Source: Vicinamibacteria bacterium
GTDB lineage: Bacteria; Acidobacteriota; Vicinamibacteria; Vicinamibacterales; UBA8438
Assembly: GCA_963579735.1 (NCBI GenBank)
Contig: CAUZIB010000003.1
Location: 1,062 to 65,061 of the forward strand
Length of the DNA stretch: 64,000 nt
Direction of reading: 5' to 3'
Numbering within the stretch: the first letter of the stretch is position 1; each line of letters opens with the position of its first letter. Of this stretch, positions 9,831 to 19,650 are shown in pieces. The notes beneath the pieces were generated by a model. That model was not told the DNA's origin. It did no database searches and saw only the letters and a program-made list of their open reading frames with translations. The position numbers and the translations under genes are program-made.

Positions 9831-10295
9831 ATGCTTGGAATACGCAAAGGATTTGTAGTTGGTCTCTCGCTGGGTCTGGTGGCAGCGGCGGCAGTGGCTG
9901 TTTTGAGCGCGCGCGTGCAAACGGACGGTGATGTCCGCGCGATCAATCTGCCGGGCCGAACCACGAACTTGTTTAGCGACTCCGTTCTGGTCGGTGACAC
10001 GTTGTATCTCGCCGGACGACTTGGTCTCGAGGACGGTCAGCCGCCAGCGACCGCGACAGAAGAGGCGCGCATCGTGCTGGACAGTATCCGGAGCGTGTTG
10101 TCCGAGGCAGGGATGACAATGGACAACCTCGTCCAGATTCAGGTCTTTTGCTCTGATGTGTCGCTCTACGGCGAGTTCAATGCCGTCTATCAGGAGTACT
10201 TCGGCGAGCGACCACCCGCCAGGGCTTTTTTGGGGGCTGGTGACCTGCTCTTTGGGGCGCGCTTTGAAGTGATGGGAATAGCGGTGAAGGAATAG
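9831..10295 (+). CDS. RidA/YjgF family protein with N-terminal signal peptide
   Basis: TLYLAG, FNAVY..YF, PPARAF, FEV..IA; GGAGG RBS upstream. Confidence 0.85.
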   Translation: MLGIRKGFVVGLSLGLVAAAAVAVLSARVQTDGDVRAINLPGRTTNLFSDSVLVGDTLYLAGRLGLEDGQPPATATEEARIVLDSIRSVLSEAGMTMDNLVQIQVFCSDVSLYGEFNAVYQEYFGERPPARAFLGAGDLLFGARFEVMGIAVKE

Positions 10296-10310
10296 CCGAG
10301 GAGACGCATT

Positions 10311-11102
10311 GTGACGCAAGTTTGCTGCGTCTTGTCGGTGACGCTCACGGTCTCAGCTGCCACGGTCAGTGCGCAGTCGCCGCCCGAGATGGACTGGGTG
10401 ACTATTCCGGCCGGCACGTTCAATATCGGTTGCGTGCCCGCCGACCAAGATTGTCTCGACGCGGAGCGGCCGTATCACGAGGTCACGCTCTCCCGGCCGT
10501 TTGATGTGATGCCGACCGAAGTCACGGTCGCGCAATACCTGGCATTCAGTCGCCGATCGGGCCATCCGCTGCCGCCGCAACCGAGTTTTCTCCAGAATGG
10601 CGACCACCCGATCGTCCACGTCGACTGGAACGACGCGTTCGCGTTCTGTGACTGGGCGGGCGGACGCCTTCTCACCGAGGCCGAGTGGGAGTATGCCGCC
10701 CGAGGTGGTTCCGCCGACCAGATCTACTGGTGGGGCGACGAGTTCGAGACCGACCGGGCGAACTACAACGAGGAGTGTTGCGGCGATGTGGCCACGGGCG
10801 ACCCCTGGGTCAGCACCGCGCCGGTCAAGTCGTTTCCTGCCAATGGTTTCGGCCTTTACGATATGACGGGCAACGTGTGGGAGTGGGTGGTCGACTGGTT
10901 CAGCGACTACGCGCCTGGGCCCGTGACCGACCCGATCGTGACCGACATCGGTGTGTTTCGTCTGGCTCGGGGTGGCTCGTGGTTCAATCCTCCGACTGTG
11001 CTCCGGCTCTCGGTTCGGTTGATGTTTGACCAGGCCGGTCAGACGAGTAACGTTGGAATCCGTTGTGGGCGCGATACGCCAACGTCGGTGTTTGCAGAAT
11101 AA
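10311..11102 (+). CDS. secreted SUMF1/FGE-sulfatase domain protein
   Basis: RLLTEAEWEYAARGG, NGFGLYDMTGNVWEW, RGGSW; the catalytic Cys pair of true FGE is absent. Confidence 0.88.
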   Translation: MTQVCCVLSVTLTVSAATVSAQSPPEMDWVTIPAGTFNIGCVPADQDCLDAERPYHEVTLSRPFDVMPTEVTVAQYLAFSRRSGHPLPPQPSFLQNGDHPIVHVDWNDAFAFCDWAGGRLLTEAEWEYAARGGSADQIYWWGDEFETDRANYNEECCGDVATGDPWVSTAPVKSFPANGFGLYDMTGNVWEWVVDWFSDYAPGPVTDPIVTDIGVFRLARGGSWFNPPTVLRLSVRLMFDQAGQTSNVGIRCGRDTPTSVFAE

Positions 11103-11136
11103 CGGAGGTCTTCACGAATGCCCCCCTCAATCGCCA

Positions 11137-11484
11137 GTGTCGAAGCTGGTAAAATTCCCACCGGAGGGATCTGATGCGGAAGAGCAGGCGCTCACAAACC
11201 CCGTGGAGGCGACCCGGGAATCAATTGGAACGGGCCGTACGCGATATGTGTATGCGTGTCGTCAATGCCACGGCAATCGTGGACAGGGGGACGGCGACAT
11301 GTCGCACGCCGGTGGGGTCCCGTCAGATTTCACGGACGACATCTGGCAGCACGGCGAGACGGATGGCGAGATCTATCTCGTGATTCGAGATGGAGTGTCT
11401 GCCGATATGCAGCCTTATCAGAACCAAATACCCGAAGAGGACATCTGGCACCTCGTGAACTATCTCAAGAGCTTGTCGAAGTAG
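11137..11484 (+). CDS. monoheme c-type cytochrome, N-terminus apparently truncated
   Basis: NPV...CRQCHG..G.GDG...DGEIY..IRDG...M...DIWHLVNYL; no in-frame signal peptide. Confidence 0.75.
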   Translation: MSKLVKFPPEGSDAEEQALTNPVEATRESIGTGRTRYVYACRQCHGNRGQGDGDMSHAGGVPSDFTDDIWQHGETDGEIYLVIRDGVSADMQPYQNQIPEEDIWHLVNYLKSLSK

Positions 11485-11506
11485 TCGGTGCCTCGCCGCA
11501 GAGTCT

Positions 11507-11992
11507 ATGGCCGAGATTCACTATCGCGGGATGAAGCCGGGCGAAGAACCTACCGTCTCGACGCTCATTTTGGCTGCCTTCGATGAGTATATTGCGCACG
11601 AGTACAGCCCGGAAGGGGTCGCCGAATTTCGCCGTTATGTTGCCGTAGAGGCGCTCCGCGAGAGGGTCGAGAAGGGCAACCTCGTCTGGGTTGCGGCGAC
11701 GGGTGACGGTGTGGCCGGCATGATTGAAATCCGTGAGCACAACCACGTGGCGCTCTTGTTCGTGAACAAGGCGTATCAGCGGAAGGGTATCGCTCGCGGG
11801 TTGCTAGATCAGGGGCTAGCAGCCGCCAGAGCGCACGAGCCCAGCCTGGAACGGGTTACCGTGAACTCCACCACATACGGTGTTCCGGCGTACGAAAGAC
11901 TTGGGTTTCGTCAGACCGGACCTGAGCGTACCGTCAACAACATCACCTTTATTCCGATGGCGATGAAGTTCTCGTCGACCGGATCTGTTTAG
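11507..11992 (+). CDS. GNAT family N-acetyltransferase
   Basis: LLFV..AYQRKGIAR, VNST.Y.VPAYERLGF. Confidence 0.9.
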   Translation: MAEIHYRGMKPGEEPTVSTLILAAFDEYIAHEYSPEGVAEFRRYVAVEALRERVEKGNLVWVAATGDGVAGMIEIREHNHVALLFVNKAYQRKGIARGLLDQGLAAARAHEPSLERVTVNSTTYGVPAYERLGFRQTGPERTVNNITFIPMAMKFSSTGSV

Positions 11993-12034
11993 TGCACCGC
12001 AGTCGAGATGAGGTCCACTAGAGGTCCGAACAGG

Positions 12035-12802
12035 ATGGAGGGATGGCATGGCTGGGACACCTACGCACAGTTCTATGATTGGGAGAACCGCCGGACGATC
12101 GGCCGTCGAGACGAGCGGTTCTGGCGCGATCTGGCCACGCGCGCGGGTGGGGCTGTCCTCGAACTGGGGTGTGGAACTGGCCGACTCTCACTGCCAGTGG
12201 CAAAAGTCGCCGAGCGGTTCGTGGGTATCGATCGCTCCGCGCCGATGTTGGAGCGTCTGCGGCGACGGCTGAATCGCGCACGCCTAGGGGCTCGTGCGGC
12301 GGCTGTGCGCGGGGACATTCGCGCGCTACCGTTTCGAAAACGTATGCGCTTCTCGCTCGTCATGGCGCCCTACGGCATGCTCCAGTCCTTGCTGAGTGAT
12401 GCCGACGTCGATGCGACACTCGAGGCAGTGGCCGCCGCGACCGCGCGGCGCGGCATGATCGCGGTCGACCTTGTGCCCGACCTTCCGCGCTGGAAAGAGT
12501 ACGAGCGCAAGGTCGTGCTGCGCGGAGAACGGCCACGAGGCGGTCGATTGACGCTCTACGAAACCGTTACCCAGGACTATGAAGGCGGGTTCACCACATT
12601 TGACCAAGAGTTCGTCGAGCGCGTTGGTCGTCGGCGTACACGACACCATTTCTCCATCGCGTTTCGAACGTTGACCGTGCCCCAGATGTGCGGTCGGCTA
12701 GAGAAGGCCGGATTTCGTGTCGATTCGGTACTTGGTGACTATCGAAACCGCGAATGGACCCCGGATGCGGATGTGTGGGTCATTCTGGCCCGAAAGCAGT
12801 AG
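12035..12802 (+). CDS. class I SAM-dependent methyltransferase
   Basis: VLELGCGTGR, GIDRS..ML, GDIR; ATG at 12035 follows AGG. Confidence 0.88.
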   Translation: MEGWHGWDTYAQFYDWENRRTIGRRDERFWRDLATRAGGAVLELGCGTGRLSLPVAKVAERFVGIDRSAPMLERLRRRLNRARLGARAAAVRGDIRALPFRKRMRFSLVMAPYGMLQSLLSDADVDATLEAVAAATARRGMIAVDLVPDLPRWKEYERKVVLRGERPRGGRLTLYETVTQDYEGGFTTFDQEFVERVGRRRTRHHFSIAFRTLTVPQMCGRLEKAGFRVDSVLGDYRNREWTPDADVWVILARKQ

Positions 12803-12836
12803 TGAGCGCCGGGATACGAAAATGTCGCGGCGCTCA
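12803..12836 (+). terminator. GC-rich hairpin after the methyltransferase stop, possible terminator
   Basis: TGAGCGCCG...CGGCGCTCA 9-bp stem; no clear U tract. Confidence 0.35.
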
Positions 12837-12920
12837 GTAAGACGAGAACCATTTCTGCGATAATCTGACGGGTTCGTTTGCGAACGAGCGGACGCAACTA
12901 CAAGTCCTGGAGCTGCACGT

Positions 12921-13670
12921 ATGTCTGGCCATTCCAAGTGGGCTTCCATCAAACACAAGAAGGGCGCGGCTGATGCGAAACGCGGCAAGCTGTTTACCCG
13001 CATCATCAAAGAGCTGACCGTCGCGGCGCGGGCGGGCGGTGGCGACCCGGATATGAATCCTCGGTTGCGGACGGTTGTCGCCGATGCCAAGGCCGCGAAC
13101 ATGCCGGCTGACAACATCAAGCGGGCAATTCGACGCGGTACCGGCGAAGAGCCAGGTGTCAGCTATGAGGAGATTACCTACGAGGGTTATGGCCCCGGGG
13201 GGGCGGCATTGCTCATCGAAGTACTCACCGACAATACCAACCGGGCCGTCGGAGAGATCCGCCACCTCCTAGCCAAGCACGGGGGCAATCTCGGGACCAC
13301 CAACAGCGTGGCGTGGATGTTCGACAAGCGGAGCTACATCCTTGTCGAGCGTAGTGCGGCGGATGAGGAGGCGTTGATGACGGCCGCCATTGACGCCGGG
13401 GCCGACGACTTTCGAGAGGACGACGAAAACTGGGAGGTGGTGAGTGCGCCCGAGGCACATCACCAGGTCTTGGAGGCGGTAAAGGCGGCTGGTGTCGAGC
13501 CGGTGACCGCCGAGATCGCGATGCTGCCGCAAAACCTTGTAAAGGTCGAGGGCAAGCCAGCCCAGCAACTTCTCAAACTGATGGATCTGCTCGACGATCA
13601 GGACGACGTGCAACACGTGTGGTCGAACTTCGATATTGAGGCAAAGGAGATCGAGGCCTCGTTGGCGTGA
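12921..13670 (+). CDS. yebC: YebC/PmpR family protein
   Basis: MSGHSKWASIKHKK, YEGYGPGG, DVQHVWSNF. Confidence 0.97.
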   Translation: MSGHSKWASIKHKKGAADAKRGKLFTRIIKELTVAARAGGGDPDMNPRLRTVVADAKAANMPADNIKRAIRRGTGEEPGVSYEEITYEGYGPGGAALLIEVLTDNTNRAVGEIRHLLAKHGGNLGTTNSVAWMFDKRSYILVERSAADEEALMTAAIDAGADDFREDDENWEVVSAPEAHHQVLEAVKAAGVEPVTAEIAMLPQNLVKVEGKPAQQLLKLMDLLDDQDDVQHVWSNFDIEAKEIEASLA

Positions 13671-14230
13671 GAATCTTCGGGGTCGACCCCGGCTCCGCGA
13701 GCACGGGATACGGTTGTATCGAGACCGACGGTACTCGTCACTGGGTGATGGCCTCTGGCGCCCTGCGTGTGCCGGCGCGGGCTGCCTTCCCAGACAAGCT
13801 CCACTCTATCCACACTCGACTGTCCGTTCTTTTGGCGCAGCACCGACCTGACTCCGTCGCGGTGGAAGATCTTTTTCACGCCAAGAACGCGCGCAGCGCG
13901 CTCAAGCTTGGGCATGTCCGTGGTGTGATTCTTCTAGCCGCCAGACAGGCAGGTATCAGAGTCGTCGAATATACCCCCGCGGAAGTAAAGCTGGCGGTGG
14001 TGGGATACGGTCGCGCCGAGAAGCTGCAAGTGCAAGAAATGGTGACGTTGCTTCTCGGCCTCACCGCGCCGCCATCGTCGTTCGACGTGTCCGACGCCCT
14101 GGCGGTGGCCGTGTGTCACGCGCATCGGCAGGACTTCGACGATCGAACTGGAAAGCAGCCGGGCCCACCGTCGACCACCCCGAGAAGCTGGCGCAACTTT
14201 CGAACTGCGAGCCGAGAGGCTGACGGATGA
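13667..14230 (+). CDS. ruvC: Holliday junction resolvase RuvC
   Basis: GVDPG, AVE..F, G.G.AEK.QV, D.SDALAVAVCH. Confidence 0.96.
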   Translation: MRIFGVDPGSASTGYGCIETDGTRHWVMASGALRVPARAAFPDKLHSIHTRLSVLLAQHRPDSVAVEDLFHAKNARSALKLGHVRGVILLAARQAGIRVVEYTPAEVKLAVVGYGRAEKLQVQEMVTLLLGLTAPPSSFDVSDALAVAVCHAHRQDFDDRTGKQPGPPSTTPRSWRNFRTASREADG

Positions 14231-14835
14231 TCAGGTCATTGCGGGGGCGGTTGGCTGACAAGCAGCCCAATCGCTTGGTGATCGATGTTGGCGGCGTGGG
14301 CTATGACGTACAGGTGCCACTGTCGACGTTCTATGGGTTAGGTGATGTCGGAGCCGACATCTCGTTGCGGATACACACGCAGGTGCGTGAGGATGCACTC
14401 GCGTTGTTTGGTTTTTCCACCCGTCTCGAGCTGGATGTCTTTGAGAAGCTCATCGGTATCAGCGGCGTCGGTCCACGGCTTGCGTTGTCCGTCCTGTCTG
14501 GTATTGAGACACCCGAGCTCATCCGCGCCGTCCGGGTCGGCGACATTGTGCGGCTCACCCGGATCCCAGGCGTGGGAAAAAAAACGGCCGAGCGGATGGG
14601 TTTGGAGCTAAAGGACCGGCTCCCGGAGAGTCTCGTCGCAGAGGTGGTGTCCGATGCAGACGAACCCCTGCCGGGTGAGGCAAGGGTGAGGGCCGATGTG
14701 TTGTCAGCCCTGCTAAACCTTGGATACCATGCCCCGCTGGCCGAACGAGCCGTCGACGCCGCGCTCGCGACGCCAGACGGTGTTTCGGATTTTGAAGAAG
14801 CGCTCAGACAGGCTCTTCGAGAGCTCGCCAAGTAA
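14227..14835 (+). CDS. ruvA: Holliday junction branch migration protein RuvA
   Basis: GGVGY, VREDA..LFGF, SGVGPRLAL, PGVGKKTAER. Confidence 0.97.
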   Translation: MIRSLRGRLADKQPNRLVIDVGGVGYDVQVPLSTFYGLGDVGADISLRIHTQVREDALALFGFSTRLELDVFEKLIGISGVGPRLALSVLSGIETPELIRAVRVGDIVRLTRIPGVGKKTAERMGLELKDRLPESLVAEVVSDADEPLPGEARVRADVLSALLNLGYHAPLAERAVDAALATPDGVSDFEEALRQALRELAK

Positions 14836-14838
14836 GTC

Positions 14839-15876
14839 GTGGACCCTTCGCAGGTGACCCCACCGGACCGCGTCGTGGCCACCTCGCGGGCCGATGAGGA
14901 GGTCCGCTATGAAGCGGGGCTGCGACCGCGGACCCTGGACGACTATATCGGTCAAGACAAGGTTCGAGAGAACTTGTCCATTTCGATAACTGCGGCCCGC
15001 AACCGGAAGGAAGCCCTTGACCATGCGCTGCTTTACGGGCCACCGGGACTGGGCAAAACGACCCTTGCCTATGTCATTGCACAGGAGCTCGGAGTGCAGG
15101 TGCGGGCGACTGCGGGTCCGGTGCTTGAGAAGCCGGGCGATCTGGCCGCGCTCCTGACCAATCTCAAAGAGCACGAGGTTCTCTTTATCGACGAGATCCA
15201 TCGGTTGAGTCCGAGCATTGAAGAGATTCTGTATCCCGCGATGGAGGATTACGAGCTCGACATCATGATTGGGCAAGGGCCGGGTGCCCGGTCGGTCAAA
15301 GTGCCGTTACAGCCGTTCACGTTGGTTGGGGCGACGACCCGGGCCGGGCTCCTCACCGCTCCGCTTCGGGCTCGGTTCGGGATTGTGCAGCGGCTCGATT
15401 TCTATACGGTCGACGACATCAGCGAAATCGTCACCCGCTCAGCTCGTATTCTCGGCGTGTCGATCGCTAGCGCGGCGACAACAGAGCTCGCGGGGCGAGC
15501 GCGCGGGACGCCCCGGATTGCCAATCGTCTTCTCCGGCGGGTGCGAGACTACGCTGAAGTGAAGGCCGACGGCCGTCTCGACCTGCCGGTCGCCAGACGA
15601 GCACTCGAGATGCTCGAAGTCGACGCCAACGGATTTGACGAAGCAGACCGTCGACTCCTTCGCACAATTATCGATAAGTTTGGCGGTGGCCCCGTAGGAC
15701 TCAATAGCCTGGCGGCTGCGATCAGTGAAGAGCGCGAGGCGATCGAAGATATTTACGAGCCGTTCCTTATCCAGGAAGGGTTTCTCGACCGCACGCCTCG
15801 TGGGCGCGTGGCGACCCAGCGCGCCTACGACTACTTCGGCGTCGCGCCCCCGGCCCGTGACCCACGGCTCTGGTGA
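14839..15876 (+). CDS. ruvB: Holliday junction branch migration helicase RuvB
   Basis: [37 protein letters not shown]. Confidence 0.98.
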   Translation: MDPSQVTPPDRVVATSRADEEVRYEAGLRPRTLDDYIGQDKVRENLSISITAARNRKEALDHALLYGPPGLGKTTLAYVIAQELGVQVRATAGPVLEKPGDLAALLTNLKEHEVLFIDEIHRLSPSIEEILYPAMEDYELDIMIGQGPGARSVKVPLQPFTLVGATTRAGLLTAPLRARFGIVQRLDFYTVDDISEIVTRSARILGVSIASAATTELAGRARGTPRIANRLLRRVRDYAEVKADGRLDLPVARRALEMLEVDANGFDEADRRLLRTIIDKFGGGPVGLNSLAAAISEEREAIEDIYEPFLIQEGFLDRTPRGRVATQRAYDYFGVAPPARDPRLW

Positions 15877-15945
15877 GTCGGAGTATCATGCTCTTTCGCT
15901 GGGCAGACCGGCCGGTTGGCCAGGACGAGACGCACAGGGGGAAAT

Positions 15946-16989
15946 GTGTTGGCGACGATCGGGAAGGGTGGACGTTTACAAGGTGGCAGGGCCACTCGCA
16001 GTGCCCATATCGCGTCGCTTTCGACGTTTGTTCCTCCACGCGTACTCACGAACGCAGATCTTGAAAAGCTGGTCGACACCTCCGACGCGTGGATTCTGAA
16101 GCGCACAGGTATCCGTGAGCGCCATGTCGTCGACCCCGGTACGGCGACGTCCGATCTGGCGAAAGAAGCTTCATTGGCCGCTATCGCGCAGGCCGGTCTG
16201 ACCCCCGAAGACATCGGGTTCATCGTGGTCGCAACGACGACGCCGGACATGTTTTTTCCCAGCACCACCTGTCTTCTGCAAAAGAAAATCGGGGCGGTCA
16301 ACGCGTGGGGCTTCGATTTGGGGGCGGCCTGCTCTGGATTCACCTACGCGCTCACCACGGCCGCCCAGATGGTCGTGACTGGGGTGCACGAACACGCGTT
16401 GGTGGTGGGCGCCGATGTGATGTCGTCGATCGTCGACTACAAAGACCGGGCGACGTGCGTGATTTTTGGCGATGGCGCGGGAGCCGTCGTGGTCTCGCCG
16501 ACGCCCGCCGATGAGAGCGGTTTCGAGATTCTTGATTTTGCCCACGAGATCGACGGCCATGGCGGGGACGCGTTGCGTATGCCGGCGGGTGGGAGCCTGA
16601 GGCCGGCGTCTCAAGAAACGATTGATCAGCGTCTGCACTACGTTCAGCAAGATGGTGCCGCGGTCTTCAAGTTTGCGGTGCGAAAAACGGTAGAGATCTG
16701 TCAACGAGTTCTTCGGCAGAACAACATCACCGCCGACGACGTTGACCTGTTCGTGTCTCACCAGGCCAATCGACGGATCATCGAGGGTGCCGCCCGGCGG
16801 TTGGGTCTCGCCCCCAACAAGATCGTCATCAACATCGAGCGGTTCGGCAATACGACCGGAGCCACAATCCCTCTCGCTCTTGCTGACGCAATCAACAGCG
16901 GGCGTCTCAAGAAGGGGCACCGCGTGTTGTTGACGTCCGTGGGCGCCGGCTTTACGGTCGGAGCGGTGTTGCTGCGGTGGTCGTTCTAG
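15946..16989 (+). CDS. fabH: 3-oxoacyl-ACP synthase III
   Basis: DTSD.WI..RTGIRER, AACSGF, HQAN.RI, GNT. Confidence 0.95.
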   Translation: MLATIGKGGRLQGGRATRSAHIASLSTFVPPRVLTNADLEKLVDTSDAWILKRTGIRERHVVDPGTATSDLAKEASLAAIAQAGLTPEDIGFIVVATTTPDMFFPSTTCLLQKKIGAVNAWGFDLGAACSGFTYALTTAAQMVVTGVHEHALVVGADVMSSIVDYKDRATCVIFGDGAGAVVVSPTPADESGFEILDFAHEIDGHGGDALRMPAGGSLRPASQETIDQRLHYVQQDGAAVFKFAVRKTVEICQRVLRQNNITADDVDLFVSHQANRRIIEGAARRLGLAPNKIVINIERFGNTTGATIPLALADAINSGRLKKGHRVLLTSVGAGFTVGAVLLRWSF

Positions 16990-17140
16990 GGGACCGTGTG
17001 ACTCCTTCGGTCCGCAAATTCGTAGCGTGTCGTCGCGCCTGGCCGCGTTGGTGGTCGGCTGCACTGGCCGAATGGCCTCGCTCCTCACGCCTTGCCAGCC
17101 GGGCGCCGCGCCACACCGTCCAATAGCAATGCCGTTCACA
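16990..17140. repeat. palindromic intergenic element, copy C
   Basis: CGCCTTGCCAGCCGGGCGCCGCGC (about 17087-17110) matches the family 3' core; begins right after the fabH TAG; imperfect inverted arms. Confidence 0.55.
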
Positions 17141-17141
17141 C

Positions 17142-18215
17142 GTGGCGACTCCTGTCTCAGATTTCGATTTTGAGCTCCCCTCCGAGCTCATCGCTCAATC
17201 TCCCGCCGCGGTCCGCGATCAATCGCGGCTGATGCACCTCGACACTGCGACGGGTGTTCGGCTGCACCGGCGCTTCGCCGACCTGCCGGACCTGCTTGAA
17301 CCAGGCGATCTGCTGATAGTCAACAACACCCGAGTGTTTCCAGCGCGCTTGAGAGGGCACCGGCATCCCTCAGGTGGTCGGGTCGAGTGCCTGGTGCTGA
17401 CCAGGCTCGAAGAAGATCGCTGGGATGTGCTCGTTCATCCGGGTCAAAAGTTCCGAGAAGGGTCGCAGGCGGTATTTGCACATGCGGGCGCGGACGGGGA
17501 GACCTCCAGTCCTCGCCTCGTCATGGAGGTGCTCGTGCGACGGTTCCATGGCCGTCGCATCGTGCGCTTCCTCACGGATGGGACCGACGATGTTGATACG
17601 GTGATCGATGCGATTGGGGAGACTCCACTTCCGCCATATATCAAGCGCCCGGCCGAATCTGCGGACCAGAATCGCTACCAAACGATGTTTGCGCGGGTCC
17701 GCGGCTCGGTGGCCGCGCCGACCGCGGGTCTGCACTTTACGCCGAGTGTCATGAGCGCGCTTTCGGCTCGCGGTATCGAGATCGCTGAGGTCACCCTGCA
17801 CGTGGGTTATGGGACGTTCCAGCCGATTCGGGCCGCCGATATCGAGACCCATAGCGTGGGTACAGAGCGGTATGAGGTTGCGCCCGATTCCGCGAACCGC
17901 ATCAATGCCGCGCTCGACAGCGGTCGTCGCGTGGTCGCTGTTGGCACCACGACGACGCGCGCGGTGGAGAGTGCCGCGAAGGCCGGCGGCGGCAGGCTTC
18001 GGCCGGGCGCAGGTGAAACGGAACTCTACATCCGGCCGGGGCATCCGTTCTTGGTGGTGGGCGGCCTGGTGACGAATTTCCATTTGCCAAGATCGTCACT
18101 CCTCATTCTCGTGTCGGCGTTGGCGGGTCGCGAGCCAGTGCTCGCCGCGTATCGAGAAGCCGTGGTGCAAAGGTATCGTTTCTACAGCTATGGCGATGCC
18201 ATGTTGATCACATAA
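17142..18215 (+). CDS. queA: S-adenosylmethionine:tRNA ribosyltransferase-isomerase
   Basis: DFDFELP.ELIAQ, PLPPYI, AAPTAGLHF, TNFHLP.S, YRFYSYGDAM. Confidence 0.97.
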   Translation: MATPVSDFDFELPSELIAQSPAAVRDQSRLMHLDTATGVRLHRRFADLPDLLEPGDLLIVNNTRVFPARLRGHRHPSGGRVECLVLTRLEEDRWDVLVHPGQKFREGSQAVFAHAGADGETSSPRLVMEVLVRRFHGRRIVRFLTDGTDDVDTVIDAIGETPLPPYIKRPAESADQNRYQTMFARVRGSVAAPTAGLHFTPSVMSALSARGIEIAEVTLHVGYGTFQPIRAADIETHSVGTERYEVAPDSANRINAALDSGRRVVAVGTTTTRAVESAAKAGGGRLRPGAGETELYIRPGHPFLVVGGLVTNFHLPRSSLLILVSALAGREPVLAAYREAVVQRYRFYSYGDAMLIT

Positions 18216-18259
18216 CGGCGCGCCTGGGGCGCTCACGGCAGGCGCTCGCTTCGCCGCGC

Positions 18260-18265
18260 TATAAT
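18260..18265 (+). promoter_or_regulatory. consensus -10 box upstream of the tRNA
   Basis: TATAAT 26 bp upstream of the tRNA in a GC-rich background. Confidence 0.55.
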
Positions 18266-18291
18266 CAGGGTTTCGGTGATGTGCACCTGCT

Positions 18292-18368
18292 GCCGGTGTA
18301 GCTCAGCTGGTTAGAGCGAGCGGCTCATATCCGCTAGGTCCGGGGTTCAAGTCCCTGCACCGGCACCA
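18292..18368 (+). tRNA. tRNA with CAT anticodon (elongator Met; Ile2 not excluded)
   Basis: GCCGGTG/CACCGGC acceptor stem, TAGCTCAG D arm, AGCGG-CTCATAT-CCGCT anticodon arm, GGTTCAAGTCC T arm, encoded CCA; lacks initiator hallmarks. Confidence 0.95.
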
Positions 18369-18703
18369 CTTACAACTGTTCTCCCGCGTCACCGCAACGG
18401 TCGCGCCCTCCTCGGTTCACCGCCTGTTTCTACGAGTCGAGACAGGTGTTCCCTCACTGGATTCCGAATCGTCTTTTCAGTCCTCCCACGGACCGCGTGA
18501 GGCTCTGGCTCGGTGCTCCCGGAATTACCGGCTGTTCCGTAGGAGTGCCGCTGCGCAAGACGTCCGCCGAGACGCAGCGGGCCATGGCCGCGTTCGGTTT
18601 GCCTCAAACGGACGTTGTCCTGAGTGGAAGGGACACGTGACCGCCAGTTGGGCCTATCGGAAAGCAGGAAGCAGAATTAATCACCAACCAAGTCGTTCAA
18701 AGG

Positions 18704-18994
18704 TTGCGGAGTCAGAAACGAGTCGTCGGCGCTGGCGTGTCCGGTGATGAGGATCTCGGTCCGCTGAGGCTGTTGCCAGGAGAGTGGAGGAATGACTCGG
18801 GCTCGCCCGAGCGCGGCTGGAACATGATTGCCCTTCCGTGTCGGGGAGGAACATCGAGTATTGGTCCGGGTCGCGACGCGGCGTGCCGACCTGAGGATGC
18901 TGAACGTTTCTCTGCGACAGTTCACAGGGTTGCCACACCTCGGCATATGATGCATCGGCCCGTCGAGCGGCCCTCCTTCAACCAGGCCGACTGA
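18704..18994 (+). pseudogene. gene fragment resembling the N-terminus of a bacterial heme-binding (FMP-type peroxidase-like) protein
   Basis: DLGPLRLLPGEW...RGWNMIALP motif recalled from that family; similarity seems to end after about 18840. Confidence 0.4.
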
Positions 18995-19068
18995 ATGTCG
19001 AGCTTGTGAAAGAGATGAAGCGGCAGGCACAAAATAGAGCTACCAGCGACGCGCCACGAACTGGACAG

Positions 19069-19129
19069 CGCGAAGAACCGGCGTGTCCGGAGCATCCCCT
19101 CACGCATCCCGGCGGCCCGGTTCTTCGCG
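19069..19129. repeat. perfect 13-bp inverted repeat
   Basis: CGCGAAGAACCGG (19069-19081) and CCGGTTCTTCGCG (19117-19129). Confidence 0.7.
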
Positions 19130-19284
19130 TGGTGCCATGCCGTCCGGAGCTGCGGGGCCAAGACGCAGGGGTTTCCGTGATGTATCGTGACGCGAGCTTC
19201 CCAAGCGTCGCTGTGTTCCGCTACCCGATGTGATTGCTCGGACTAGCACATACGACGCGTGCGGAGAAAAGAGGACGGTAGGAC

Positions 19285-19554
19285 ATGAAGATAATCGTCA
19301 ACAAGACCCGGCGGCCGCTCCAGGTGAAATTGGCCCGAGGACGGGTTTTACGGCTGGGACCGGCCAAGGAAGGTCAGATCACGACGCAGGATGCGGAGCG
19401 CGAATCGGTAAAGAAACAGATCGAAGCCGGCGACGTCGAGATATTTGATGGCTCCGGACAATCTGGCTCACAGGCACGGGGCGCCTCCGCCGGGAGTGCC
19501 GAGTCGCAGGGCGAGCACCGGCGGTTTTCTGGGGCCAAGAGCGGCGACCGCTAG
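19285..19554 (+). CDS. small hypothetical protein
   Basis: AGGA RBS, ATG, protein-like MKIIVNKTRRPLQVKL.RGRVLRLGP. Confidence 0.65.
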   Translation: MKIIVNKTRRPLQVKLARGRVLRLGPAKEGQITTQDAERESVKKQIEAGDVEIFDGSGQSGSQARGASAGSAESQGEHRRFSGAKSGDR

Positions 19555-19650
19555 CGTTCCGTCATCCCCCGCGGAACCGTCCCCGCTCGGCTCTCGTCCA
19601 ACCAAGACAGAACGGAGGGAGCATCGACCAAGGGCGGCGGCTGGAAGCGC

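Noticed and set aside
16171-17139. 322-aa minus-strand ORF and similar long antisense ORFs over pyrB, dxr, pdxJ and the DUF4340/GldG genes
   Set aside because: All lie opposite well-supported genes and lack recognisable domains.
18340-18368. tRNA 3' end as attL of an intact integrated element
   Set aside because: No second copy and no integrase seen in the window.
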